Translations under genes and position numbers: made by a program
Assembly (NCBI GenBank): GCA_965113315.1
Contig: OZ220373.1
DNA from: Podarcis vaucheri
Lineage: Eukaryota
DNA length: 64,000 nt
Strand: one strand, 5' to 3'
The notes under the pieces: generated by a model
Databases searched by the model: none
The model's input: only the letters and a program-made list of their open reading frames with translations
Told to the model about the DNA's origin: nothing
Shown here: positions 12,113-24,416 of the stretch, one piece after another
How the letters are laid out: each line of letters begins with the position of its first letter
Position numbering within the stretch: position 1 is the stretch's first letter

Positions 12113-13591
12113 GCGGTGGGCTACCAGTTCAGAAGAAAGCTGTAAGGAAGAGAACACTCATGCACTTATACTTTGAAAGGTGTTGGGGTACATATGTGTG
12201 CACATTAGGCTGAGGAGGACCCAGCATTATCTGCCTGAGAGTATATTAATCAAATGGGGGGGGGGAGTTTTGAAGTGCCTCTGAGTCACACAGAATCCTC
12301 CCACAATGTTTCCTGGGCTGTGTGTGTGTGTCTGAATATTTGCACCTATGAAAGAGTTCTTTTGTAAGACTCAAAGGCTTGCTTTCTGCATTTTAACACT
12401 CAAAATTGGTGTTACCAGCAAGGGAGATGATGCATCCAGTTTGCGTTAAAAGTGTGACGCTTTGGAGAGAGCGACTCTCCCTAATATGGGCAGAGTGCTG
12501 TAGAAAGGCAACAAAATGGGCAGATGTGGAATGAGACACTGATTAATTAATTTGTGGTGCTTGTGCTTCGTGCAGAATTCTTTTCCTTTCTTTCTTATAT
12601 ATTCCAAGATCAGTCTTCAAAATGTTTGTTTTGGATTTAGAGCGTCTTTAAAATGCAGCGTGCCTATTTGTGCAATACCTTTTTAAAAATAGCTAGGCAG
12701 CTGGCTTCCAGGAATACTTGTCCATGTCACATATATCTGACGCCTTTCTTGTCTCTTGAGGCCACTGACTACATTGCATATTTTATGATTACAGTGCAGC
12801 ATTTTAATGGACCTCTGCCATATGGTTGAGTCATCTGCTCCATCTCCTGGTTTTGGGAGGATTACACATGGATCTTCTAAAGATTATGAAACATAACAGA
12901 AGAAAACTAACTCTTAGAGCACAGTAGACACTATCCATTTGTATCGGTCAGAACATGCAACCTGCTTAAAGCAAATACTGGATAAAATAATAGCATTATT
13001 ATGGGGAAAACCTGTGGGTTTTGTGCCTCTTCAGAAGTATGAATTGGGGGGTGGGGGGGAGAGACTTCTGATTTAAGGCAATGGCAGGCTGCCGAAAGCT
13101 GCTTCAGAATCAGTTATTTCAGTATGGTATGTTTTTCCTAATAAAAACTCCTCATTTCTTTCTGAGAAGTGCACTTTACTAAGTAATTTTTCGAGTGGGA
13201 AGCCCTAAATTAGTCACTCCTTTCGCCCATCTGTTCCTGGAAACTGTTCAAAACAGTAACTCACTCACTTGCTCGGTGCAGCAAGAAGGACTCAGATAAT
13301 AAGAAGCTTAGCCTGGGAAGAAAGCAACCTGGGCACATGATTGCTGTAAATTGTGACAATTGTCATTGGCAATTTTGGCAAGAGTGAACCTAATGCCTGA
13401 ATTTCATTTTCCCCAGTTGAAAACAAGCCCAAAGTATGTGTGTGCTTGAAATCTGCCCATTGTTACCTTTGCCTTGTCTCTTCCCTCTGCTCTCTTTTTT
13501 CCCCCTCCACTGCCACATTTTAGATTGTAAAATTCTCAGGGCAGGGATCAGTTTGCAGGCCTGTATCTTGGGAAGAGCCCATAGCTCAGTG

Positions 13592-16500
13592 CAATGTTAG
13601 AAACTCTGATATATAAGCTAGGCGCCCAAATAGCCCCTTAAACCAAGGTTCCAGTCACCAAAGCAGAATGTCTGGTTGCCATTTGGGAGACAAGACGGCT
13701 CTCAAGTCTTATTTTTCAAATGATGGTTTGACTGATTGATTCTCAGTTAAACATCTGGCTAGTTCAGATGACAACCTTGAGCTAGGTTAAAAGCTTTGAG
13801 AACTTAAAGAAGAAAAATCCCTTGATCCAGGGACAGTCCACAAATATATTGGCCTGTTCCAACCTCTTTTTCTTAATGGTGACTGCTCCTGCTCAGGAAA
13901 AGCATTTTGGTTCCTGAAATTCATTCTGATTGCGCAGATTAAAATATAACTGATAGAATTGTAAACAGGAACGGTTTGGATTCTTAGATCACGGACTGCA
14001 GTTTCTTGAAGATGGACTTCTGGCAAGTGATGGGCTGCACCTCACAACGGTTGGGAGAAATGTTTTTGCCAAAAATCTCAGAAACCTCATCAGGAGGGCT
14101 TTAAACTGACTAATGTGGGGGAGGGAGACAGTGCTCCTGAAGGTAGGAGTCTATCAATTAATGAAGATGATCATCCAAATGTCATAGACCAAATGGAGCA
14201 AACAGCACGCGGACCTAGTGGAGGGAGGAAAAAATCTTTAAATAAGAGACACGGGGGAATAATTAATGGACTTCAATGTCTGTACACTAATGCGCAAAGC
14301 ATGGGAAATAAACAAGATGAGCTTGAGCTCTTGGTACAGCAAACTAAATATGACATAATAGGCATCACTGAAACCTGGTGGGATAAGTCCTACGATTGGA
14401 ATGTAATAATGGGGGGATACAATCTATTTCAGAGAAACAGACCAGACAAGAAAGGAGGAGGAGTGGCGTTATATGTCAGGGGTGTGTATACCTGTGAAGA
14501 GATCCAAGATTTAGAACCTCAAAGCCAAAGTGAGAGCATTTGGGTCAAAATTAAGGGAGAGAAGAATAACAGAGACCTCATTGTGGGAGTTTACTATAGA
14601 TCCCCAAGCCAAACGGAGGACATAGATGATGCCTTCCTGGAACAGATGGCCAAGCATGCAAAAGGAAGGGAGATAGTAGTAATGGGGGACTTCAATTACC
14701 CGGATATTTGTTGGACGTCAAACTCAGCCAAGAGCATAAGGTCAAACAGATTCCTCACTGGCCTTGCAGACAACTTCATTGTCCAGAAAGTGGGAGAAGC
14801 AACAAGAGGAACAGCCATTTTAGACCTGGTCCTAACCAATGTTGATGACTTGGTTAGTGGGGTAGATGTGGAAGGATCATTAGGCGCGAGTGATCATGCT
14901 CTTCTGAAGTTTACTATACAGCGGAAAGTAGCAGCCAAGCATACTAGGACTCAATTTCTTGACTTTAAGAAAGCCGACTTCATAAAACTTAGGGAAGTGC
15001 TGTGTGAGATCCCATGGACAGCAATACTAAAAGGAAAGGGAGTTCATGATGGCTGGGAGTTTGTTAAGACGGAGATAGTAAAAGCACAACGTCAGGCAAT
15101 ACCAATGAGACGAAAACATGGAAGGTGCCTAAAGAAACCAGGGTGGCTATCTAAAGAACTTTTAACTGAATTAAGATTAAAAAAGGATGTGTACAAAAAA
15201 TGGAAAAGGGGGGAAACCACCAAAGAGGAATTCAAACAAATAGCCAGCACGTGTAGAAACAAAGTCAGAAAAGCTAAAGCACAGAATGAACTCAGGCTTG
15301 CTAGAGAGGTTAAAAGCAACAAAAAAGGCTTTTATGGGTATGTTCGTAGCAAAAGGAAGAACAAAGAAACAGTGGGGTCACTCAGAGGAGAAGATGGTGA
15401 AATGCAAACGGGACACAGAAAGGGCTGAACTACTCAATGCCTTCTTTGCCTCAGTCTTCTCCGATAAAGAAAACAATGCCCGACCTGAAGAATTTGGAGC
15501 AAATGATTCAGCAAAGGAAACACAGCCCAGAATAACAAAGGAGATAGTACAAGAATATTTGGCTAGATTAGATGTATTCAAGTCTCCAGGGCCAGATGAA
15601 CTGCATCCAAGAGTATTAAAAGAACTGGCAGATGTGATCTCAGAACCACTGGCAGTCATCTTTGAGAATTCCTGGAGAACAGGCGAAGTCCCGGCAGACT
15701 GGAGGAGGGCAAATGTTGTCCCTATTTTCAAAAAGGGGAAAAGTGAGGACCCAAATAATTACCGCCCAGTCAGTCTGACATCAATAGCAGGGAAGATTCT
15801 GGAGCAGATCATTAAGCAAACAGTCTGTGAGCACCTAGAAAGGAATGCTGTGATCACCAATAGTCAGCATGGATTTCTGAAAAATAAGTCATGTCAGACT
15901 AACCTGATCTCGTTTTTTGACAGAATTACAAGCCTGGTAGATGAAGGGAACGCAGTGGATGTAGCCTACCTTGATTTCAGCAAGGCATTTGACAAGGTGC
16001 CCCATGATATTCTTGTAAAGAAGCTGGTAAAATGCGGTCTTGACTATGCTACCACTCAGTGGATTTGTAACTGGCTGACTGACCGAACCCAAAGGGTGCT
16101 CATCAATGGTTCCTCTTCATCCTGGAGAAGAGTGACTAGTGGGGTGCCACAGGGTTCTGTCTTGGGCCCGGTCTTATTCAACATCTTTATCAATGACTTG
16201 GATGATGGACTCAAGGGCATCCTGATCAAATTTGCAGATGACACCAAACTGGGAGGGGTGGCTAACACCCCAGAGGACAGGATCACACTTCAAAACGACC
16301 TTGACAGATTAGAGAACTGGGCAAAAACAAACAAGATGAATTTTAACAGGGAGAAATGTAAAGTATTGCACTTGGGCAAAAAAAATGAGAGGCACAAATA
16401 CAAGATGGGTGACACCTGGCTTGAGAGCAGTACATGTGAAAAGGATCTAGGAGTCTTGGTTGACCACAAACTTGACATGAGCCAACAGTGTGACGCGGCA

Positions 16501-17163
16501 GCTAAAAAAGCCAATGCAATTCTGGGCTGCATCAATAGGAGTATAGCATCTAGATCAAGGGAAGTAATAGTGCCACTGTATTCTGCTCTGGTCAGACCAC
16601 ACCTGGAGTACTGTGTCCAGTTCTGGGCACCACAATTCAAGAAGGACACTGACAAACTGGAACGTGTCCAGAAGAGGGCAACCAAAATGGTCAAAGGCCT
16701 GGAAACGATGCCTTATGAGGAACGGCTAAGGGAGCTGGGCATGTTTAGCCTGGAGAAGAGGAGGTTAAGGGGTGATATGATAGCCATGTTCAAATATATA
16801 AAAGGATGTCACATAGAGGAGGGAGAAAGGTTGTTTTCTGCTGCTCCAGAGAAGCGGACACGGAGCAATGGATCCAAACTACAAGAAAGAAGATTCCACC
16901 TAAACATTAGGAAGAACTTCCTGACAGTAAGAGCTGTTTGATAGTGGAATTTGCTGCCAAGGAGTGTGGTGGAGTCTCCTACTTTGGAGGTCTTTAAGCA
17001 GAGGCTTGACAACCATATGTCAGGAGTGCTCTGATGGTGTTTCCTGCTTGGCAGGGGGTTGGACTCAATGGCCCTTGTGGTCTCTTCCAACTCTATGATT
17101 CTATGATTCTATGAATTCTCAAGTGGTCGATAGCAAAATGTGGCTGACTAATTTTGAACACTG
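13592..17163. mobile_element. Non-autonomous hAT element (~420 bp native) interrupted by a CR1
   Basis: Termini caatgttagaaa / ttttgaacactg; perfect 8-bp TSD gctcagtg at 13584-13591 and 17164-17171; homologous end at about 40480-40630(-). Confidence 0.8.
13960..17114 (+). mobile_element. CR1 LINE, 5'-truncated: end of ORF1 (esterase-like DGLH motif), full but disrupted ORF2 (APE endonuclease + RT), (TTCTATGA)n tail
   Basis: ORF1 tail ...FGFLDHG...SDGLHLTTVGRNVFAKNLRNLIRRALN* ends at 14109. ORF2 motifs [38 protein letters not shown]. Frameshift near 15410 and TGA-TAG at 16939. Confidence 0.97.
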
Positions 17164-17289
17164 GCTCAGTGGCGGAACTTGTTTATGAATTCTGTACAGA
17201 TTATCACAAAGGTGTGTGTGTGTTAGTGGAGGGGTAGTATGCCTGGTGAGGAACATGTCGTGCTCCTTCAGTGATAGTTTGTCCACCAG

Positions 17290-17648
17290 TGCTCCCCACC
17301 CTGCACTCAGTTTTCACCTGTAGCTTCCAGCAGCTGTCAGCATGTGACAGTGGCCATACCCTGGGAATGGCTTCAACTTGCCTGCTAAACCAGCTGAGGG
17401 TAGCCAATGGATGGTGCCTTGTACTCCTACTTCCAACAACTCCTTTAGCCAAGCTAGTGCCAAACGCATTGCTCTGCTTTCCTTTGAACCACATCAGCAA
17501 GACCAAGAAGGTGGTCTTGTCTGGGCGCACAGCCCAGGACCTCCATAGACACTGCCCAGGTTTGATCCCTGGTGTGGTCACTTCGCTGCTGCTAACACAG
17601 TGGATTAACTTCACTCCTCCGTTGTCTCTCGAGACAGGCAGATGCCAA
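17290..17648 (-). mobile_element. Unclassified interspersed repeat (family of 21737-22235)
   Basis: Reverse strand aligns by eye over ~250 bp (ggcatc...tgtctcgagagaca...aaagcagagcaat...tacaaggcaccatcc). Confidence 0.65.
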
Positions 17649-18540
17649 CAACAATCACTAAATGGAACTATTTTATTAAATATTGAATTGAAAAGCTCTT
17701 GGTTCATTGCAGCAGCATCATATTGTTCAGTGTTTCATATTGTTTGCCTTTTGGTGTTGTCTTGCAAAGCAACCTTTTGCTTCTTTTTTTGAAAGGAACA
17801 ACAGGGTACAAATGGATGGTGTTGCACTTTTCATGCCATATTCTAACTCCTAGACATGCCTAATGATTTTTCAGGCCTGGAGATGGCCTCCTTTGCTTGA
17901 ATCCCTGGATAGCCATTGCCACTTGAGGGGTAGACATTGCTAGGCTTAAGGGGTCCAGTGGTCCAGGCAGCTTTGTAAGTTTGCATATATTTGCTTATGT
18001 TGCACTAAAGCACAGATGGTACTGTTATATAATCAGTGAAATTTATTGTCAATGGTGTTGGGGTAGGGGGCTAACTAGTGGAGAAAAGTCAATAGGTGCA
18101 AGAGGGCTTATTTTCAAATTGGTTATTGGATTTCCTGGTGCTTTTGGAACATCTGCGTTCTTCGTGGAAACCACTCAGCATGTACTCAATAATAAAACAG
18201 ACAAAGGAAAGCATTATTTTGCAGTATTGAATATTGATCACACTTTGAAGACAGCAGCTATTTTTATTTTTTACATTAATTTACTTTATTGGGTAGCAAC
18301 TTTGCTAGAGCAGGGATAGGGGGGGATCTGAAGCTTGGCGTTTGCATGTGGCTCAATGGCTAATTTCACGCAACAAGCAATCTGGGTCTCCCCTAGCATT
18401 AGGTAGGGAGCAAGATGGTAGATGGAAGAGGTGGGAGAGAGGGAGAGAGGTGCGTTAGTGCCCCCCCAAGACTTGTGGCATGGGCACCCTGACAGAAAAT
18501 CCTTGAAGGGTGGAGAAAACATTCCCTGGAGAATGAAATA

Positions 18541-18762
18541 CAGTGGTACCTCGGGTTAAGTACTTAATTCGTTCCGGGGGTCCTTTCTTAACCTGAAGCA
18601 CCACTTTAGGTAATGGGGCCTCCTGCTGCTGCCCCACCACCGGAGCACGATTTCTGTTCTCATCTGAAGCAAAGTTCTTAACCTGAAGGACTATTTCTGG
18701 GTTAGCGGAGTATGTAACCTGAACGTATGTAACCTGAAGCATATGTAACCGAGGTACCACTG
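18541..18762. mobile_element. Tigger/pogo-type MITE (family B)
   Basis: TA TSD on both sides; cagtggtacctcgg / ccgaggtaccactg. Confidence 0.88.
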
Positions 18763-18837
18763 TACAGTATACCAGTACACTGGTCTTAACTGGATAGATA
18801 AATGAGTGGCTGCCCCTGAAGAGGAACACAGATAATG

Positions 18838-18961
18838 GAATCACAGAATTGGAAAGGGACCACAAGTCATCTAATCCATTGCAAGAATCTTTTGTCCAAT
18901 GTGGGGCTCAAACCCACAACCCTGAGATTAAGAGTCTCATGCTTTACCAACTGAGCTATCC
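18838..18961 (-). mobile_element. tRNA-Lys/CR1-tail SINE
   Basis: Reverse strand ggatagctcagttggtaaagcatgagactcttaatctcagggttgtgggtttgagccccac (anticodon CTT) joined to a CR1-like tail. Confidence 0.8.
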
Positions 18962-21736
18962 CTGTTGGCTGCTGTATCAGGGAATATGATAACCAATTTC
19001 TAAACCACTCCTCTTGCAGTAGTTGGCTTTGTTGCTTCATCTTTTGGAGATGTGATGGAACATGCCTTTGCTTTGCTCAGAGCAGTTGCTACTTTCTCAC
19101 AGTGGTGAGCTGCCACCTCTTGTGCAAATCCAGGAAGGAAAAGGCAAAAGAGAAGTCCTGAACAGGATTGGGATGTTAGGTTTGAAGAGAGGTACTAACA
19201 GCTGTACCTCCTGAACACTTTTTGTTCCTTGTTCTTCACAAGTTCTCTTTAAAAGCTGTTCTTCATCAGAAGTTTCTTCACCCCATCAAGATAGGGTTCA
19301 TCTTGCCAGTGGCGGCACCACCATTTTCTTTTTGTAAGAGGAAGCAAAATAGGTAGGGGGTGGTGAGAGAGAAAGAAAGAGATTAGGAAGTGAAGAACAA
19401 TGCACGCCAGAAGGAGAGGAGGAAAGTACAGACATTTGTAATTAAAAGTGGCTTTCCGATTGGAGATTGGGGCAAAAGGTGGGCTTTGGGTCTTAAAAGG
19501 TTGAAGGCTGTGGGTGTAGGATGTTTGAGAGAAAAGAAGCTTCTCAGGTTGGAGTTCCACACGTAATGGTCTTTATACTGGTGCTTTGATGGCAGAGCTA
19601 CATATTACACATGGGGTCCCCCCTCTTATAATGCAAGAGTGCAGCTATTGCAGCGCAGACTGGACAGGATGCTATAGGGAGGTTTGCATAGGGATATTTT
19701 CTGATGCCCTAGGTCCTTATGAAGCTTATGAAACAGAAAATTTTATGTGAAAAATGTTCTGCCCTTCATTACTGGTTGTAAGAAATCTGACTTGGTTTGA
19801 GTGGTGGTGGATGAGATTTCGTGGTATCTTCAAACTTTTAGTCTACCTAAAGATGCTGAATTAGTCCAGATAATTTGTGTTTGGCTGAATGGATAGGTGC
19901 AAAGCTACTATCTCCGACACTTGTCATCTTCATAATTATTTTTTTTTAAAGCAAGTACTTGCGTTGCTAATTAGCTTGTGAATCACCTATCTCATTGTCT
20001 ACATCTAAGACATCCATCATATTGTGTTCACTTCTGTGTTTGTGTCTTTAGGAATGCAAAAGGCATTTCCTTTTATAATTAAATTGTCCTAGAAGACTGG
20101 ATGGTAACTAGTCAGCTAAGAGGTACATCAACAATACATGGCTTCTGGGAATAGGTTTTTTCTTGTTGCTGAATGAAGAGGTGGGGAAAAAATACACCCA
20201 GATTCCAGAGAATTGCTCATACTTGGCTTAGCTACACACAGGGACCCATTGTTTTCTGCTGCAAAAAGCCAAATTATAATTTTAGGGCTACTTTTAAAAC
20301 AGTGAAATTCAGGAGTTTCTTTTTAAGGGCTTTTCCAGACTTCTGCTACTTTGAAAATGCATGGAACCAAATAAAAAAAAAAGTGTATCCTGGCTGTTTG
20401 CCTTGGGGATTTATTGGTTTTCAAACATTTGCAGAGAACAACAAAGAGAAGGGGGGACACACAAAGAAAAATCAATGTAAATTGGAAAATACGAGCTTAG
20501 ACAGTCAGGCAGAGGTCTTCCACGTCAACTGCTACCTGATCCTGTGAATTGTCAGACCTATGTACACAGAGGTCTTGCTATCCGAACACAATGCATCCTC
20601 GGGAAATTATTTGTTAGGTGAGCGTTCACATAATAAGTCTATGATTTCCATTGATTCCTTTGGGGAAATTTCTAATGCATTCCTATCCACTGAATTTTGA
20701 CCCCAAATTATGGGGGGGAATCTCTCAGGAGAACTCTCTGAAACATTGCAAAAGGCAAACAAGGAAAGGAGGAAAATGCTCTCTTATCTGATTTCCCACC
20801 CACCCACCACCCAAGGTTTCTGGCAAAAACGGCTGCCACAGACCAACAAAACACAAAAAGTTAGGCTTTGTACAGGCTGGTGATTTGTTATTACATGCAG
20901 GTCCAGCTGTTTAGATATCTGAATCTGTCGAGTGTATAGCAAAATTTGAGTACTAATTCCTCATGTTTGGATAAGTGAATTTTCACATGAGCATTTGGCT
21001 AGCAGGACCTGCATGTAATTTTACACCTCAATATGAAGAATAACTTGCAAAATGTAGATAGTATTTGGATGTAAAAGTTCTCTCATGTGGAGCAACTCTA
21101 TGCTCAGAACTAGTAACAAATTATTATGGGCATAGTTTGAAAAATTATGTTCAGTTGCTTGCGCAAATGGGTGACGTGAAGGGATTGCTGAATTGAAAGT
21201 GGCCTGAAGGTTTTCTTATGTCTGCACTTCATATTTCTCATTTATGGAAGTTGATACGGAGGTGGTCTGTTTTCAACCAAAGAGTATCAAAACAAGATTT
21301 TAGCCAGCCATATTCATGATCTAATTTCAAAGTGACCTTTGGCTTCTTCTGCTAAGTTTAGTTGTGTGGTCTGTGAACCACTTAAGGTAAGTGTTGAGAA
21401 AGGCCTGGAGAATCAAGAATGCTAAAGAGAAAATATTTGTGGTTTTAAAGATCTTGCCCGGTGGAGTTGGAGGACTGAATCCCCAGCCTTCATTGAGCCA
21501 AAACACCAATGCCTCACAGTACAGCAGTTGCACAGCACTGTGTTTCATGCTCCCTTTGAGTGGGCCATTTCAGAGATCGTCGTCTGCGAGAATCAAAACT
21601 TTTTCTCTCAGCAAGGAGGATGGGATTTTGCCATGTGCTCAGGAGATACCTGATCATCATTTGGGACAAAGCAGAACCTGGGCAGGTAGCAAAATGCAGT
21701 GTAAGCCTTATCAGTATTATGGGAGCATTCTAATTA

Positions 21737-22235
21737 TTGGCATCCATCTGTCTTGAGAGACAATGGAGTACAGCTCTGGAGGTGAAGTCACACGGCTGCA
21801 TTAGCATCAAAGTGACCTCCCCAGGGTGGAAGCCTGAGCAGTGTGTATGGACGTCCTGGGCTGCCCAGATGGCGTGATCCCCCTCTTGGCCTCACTGGTG
21901 TGGTCCAATAGAAAGCAGAGCAATATGTTTTGCACCAGCTTGGCTGCAGGAGTTGCAGGAAGGAGGCGTACAAGGCACCATCCCAACTCTCTTAGGGACT
22001 CCACTTCTTAGACTTTTCTAGTTGCAAAGATACCCTGCAAGACAGCTGAGGTTTTCTTCTCCTACAAGGGTTACCTTCCCAGGCTGATGAGCCCCATCTG
22101 CCCCTCACTTCCCTCTACAGCGTGTACAGAACCACCTACTTGACCGTTGGACCCACTACTGGTCCACTTAATCCACCGGAGCCTGTCTTTACATGCAGGG
22201 AATTCCCTCCAGAGAGTTTTGAGATCCATCAGCTA
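21737..22235 (+). mobile_element. Unclassified interspersed repeat (possibly retrotransposon UTR-derived)
   Basis: Homologous to 17290-17648(-); shares its 5' motif with about 25000-25085; 3' boundary uncertain. Confidence 0.6.
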
Positions 22236-24204
22236 AGTGATGGATTTTAAAAGTTCTTAAAAATGCTACTAGAGAACCTCTTTGCATGCATGTGGCACAC
22301 TTCCAGTGTTTCCTATACAGCTTCTCAGTTTGTACTTGTGCCAGCATTTAAGCAACATTTGCTGAATTAAGCAGGTGTACTCCTATTCCAAGCCTATAGG
22401 GCAGGCGTTGCTCCCACGTGCTTCTGAACTTCCATCATTCCTAATGACTGGCCAGTGCTGTCTGGAGCTGATAGAAGTGGGTGTCCAACAACACCTAAAG
22501 ATGCACAGATTCTGTTTCCCTGTTTCAAAGCAAGATCAAAACACTGATGGAGGTACTTCCAGAGAGAAGAGAACTCTTGAAATGAGCGACTGTCAATTGG
22601 TCTCTACAAAATCTTTTAGACACACCCACACATACGTATGCAAGTGTTAAGATATATAGAGTGTTTCCTTCTTTGTGAACATTTTACACACACACACACT
22701 TTCTTTTCTTAATTACCTTCTGATGTATTGAGATAGATGGGCTGCATGTGGTGACGGTAATTGCTCTTGTCCTCTCTTGAGAAGTACAGGCAATAAATCA
22801 CCGGTCATTTTATTGCTGACTTGCAGGTTTGCTGAACAATGAGAGGCAGCCTGTCATCTTGCCAACACGCTAGCTGCATGCTGCCAATGATTTAGACTTC
22901 GGTTTCCGCTCTTGGCCTGAGAACATGGGCCCACTTTGTCTTAGCATTGCTCTTTCTGCTGTGGCTCTTAATTCTACACACGTTGGGGTGTTGTTGTGGG
23001 GCGGGGGTGTGATGGGAGAGGATTTCTTTTTAAAAAACAACAACAAAATAAAGGATTTCTTAAAGTTTTTAATTGCCAATGGAGAATTTTCTTTTAAAGG
23101 GAGAATGGTTCTAGCCCTCGTGAATGCTCGGAATTTTAAAGCCACAATTGTTACAGGTTTAATGGTTCACAAACAAAATTTTGATAATTTTGAACTGTGC
23201 TCTGAGGAGGATCTGCTTTGCAAATGCCTTAGGACACAATTCACTTGTGTCTGTGTATTCTTGTATGGATTTCTTACTATCTCTATGGGCAGGTTAAGGA
23301 AATGATGATGGTTTTGAGAGTGAGTGGAAACCGAGAGCTTTGGGAGAATGGTGGCTTGAGGGCTAGAAAATTGCTTTGTTGTTGTTTTTTAATGGAAGCA
23401 TAGAGTTCTGAATGTTGCAGCACACATACTGACTTCTGTGCTCTTGGGTAACCATCATGCACAACCCTAGCTGGTTACAGGTCATTTAGAAGAGCAGCTT
23501 CAGTAAGTGGGACATCAAATTGCCACACCCGGATATTTTGAGTCCTTTCTAGGCAAATCCCCATTCTTCCTTTCTCCCTTGATAGAGTTGATGACCCTAT
23601 CTGTAATGATGAACCTTGGAGAGCCAACTTATTCTATACAAGCTGAGATTTTTCATTATTCGATCAAGAATCTGCCTCAGTTGCCCTGGTTGGTTAGGTG
23701 GCTGAACATTTGCTTATTTCGCACACAGTCATTAGCCCTGTAGCTTTTATTTCAGTGTTTTAGCTGAGGCTTAAGATGGGAAAAGATCCTTTCCAGAGCA
23801 AGTACTAAAGGCTGAGATATGAATAATGATCTGTATGTGTGCGTTTCAAATCTATATATAGGCTTTTCTACAACTGGAAGAGATTATCTCTCCCCATTCT
23901 CCCCACACTCCATTTTGTTGACAACAGTTAATTATTTATAAGAGGTCTTGAACTTTTCCATGCAGCAAAAGTTAATGTCTATAGCACCCTTTTAAACATG
24001 CAATTTAAGCTTTTAAAATTGTTTAACTAACAAAAAAAAAAAAAGCCTAAACAGCAACTTGAGTAGAACTTGGAGTACATGCTGCTTTTCTGCCAAAAAA
24101 AGTTTGTTTTGGGACAGTCTCATTTCCATAACTCATATTTTGAGGAAGTTTTCCTTTGTAGGCACATTCCTTCTAATCTTTGCCTCTTCGGATAGAACAG
24201 AGTA

Positions 24205-24416
24205 CAGTGGTACCTTGGTTTATGAACTTAATCCGTTTCAGAAGTCCATTCTTAAACTAAAGCGTGCTTTCCCAAAGCAGCGGGGGACTCAGTTTACAAA
24301 TGGAACACACTCAGCATGTTCTTCTTCCAAGGCAAAGTTCACCTACTTCTGGGTTTGCAGCTTTCTTAATCTAAGTTGTTCATAAACAAAGCTGTTCTTA
24401 AACCAATGTACCACTG
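24205..24416. mobile_element. Tigger/pogo-type MITE
   Basis: TA TSD on both sides; cagtggtaccttggttta / taaaccaatgtaccactg. Confidence 0.85.

Noticed and set aside
12653-12760. ATG CAG CGT GCC TAT TTG (MQRAYL), vaguely like an alternative RAI14 N-terminus I recall from mammals
   Set aside because: Similarity is limited to a few residues and no suitable phase-0 donor follows.
15092-17090. Minus-strand ORFs over the CR1, and 36164-36589(+)
   Set aside because: Antisense shadows of CR1 ORF2.
18890-18961. Apparent tRNA-Lys(CTT) gene (also 55245-55311)
   Set aside because: T-loop mutated (GGTTTGAG), acceptor stem broken, and fused to a CR1 tail: these are SINE heads.
21384-21392. Perfect donor consensus AAG|GTAAGT in the long intron
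   Set aside because: In the frame that would join the 31870 exon there is an upstream TGA and no ATG; no other exon evidence.
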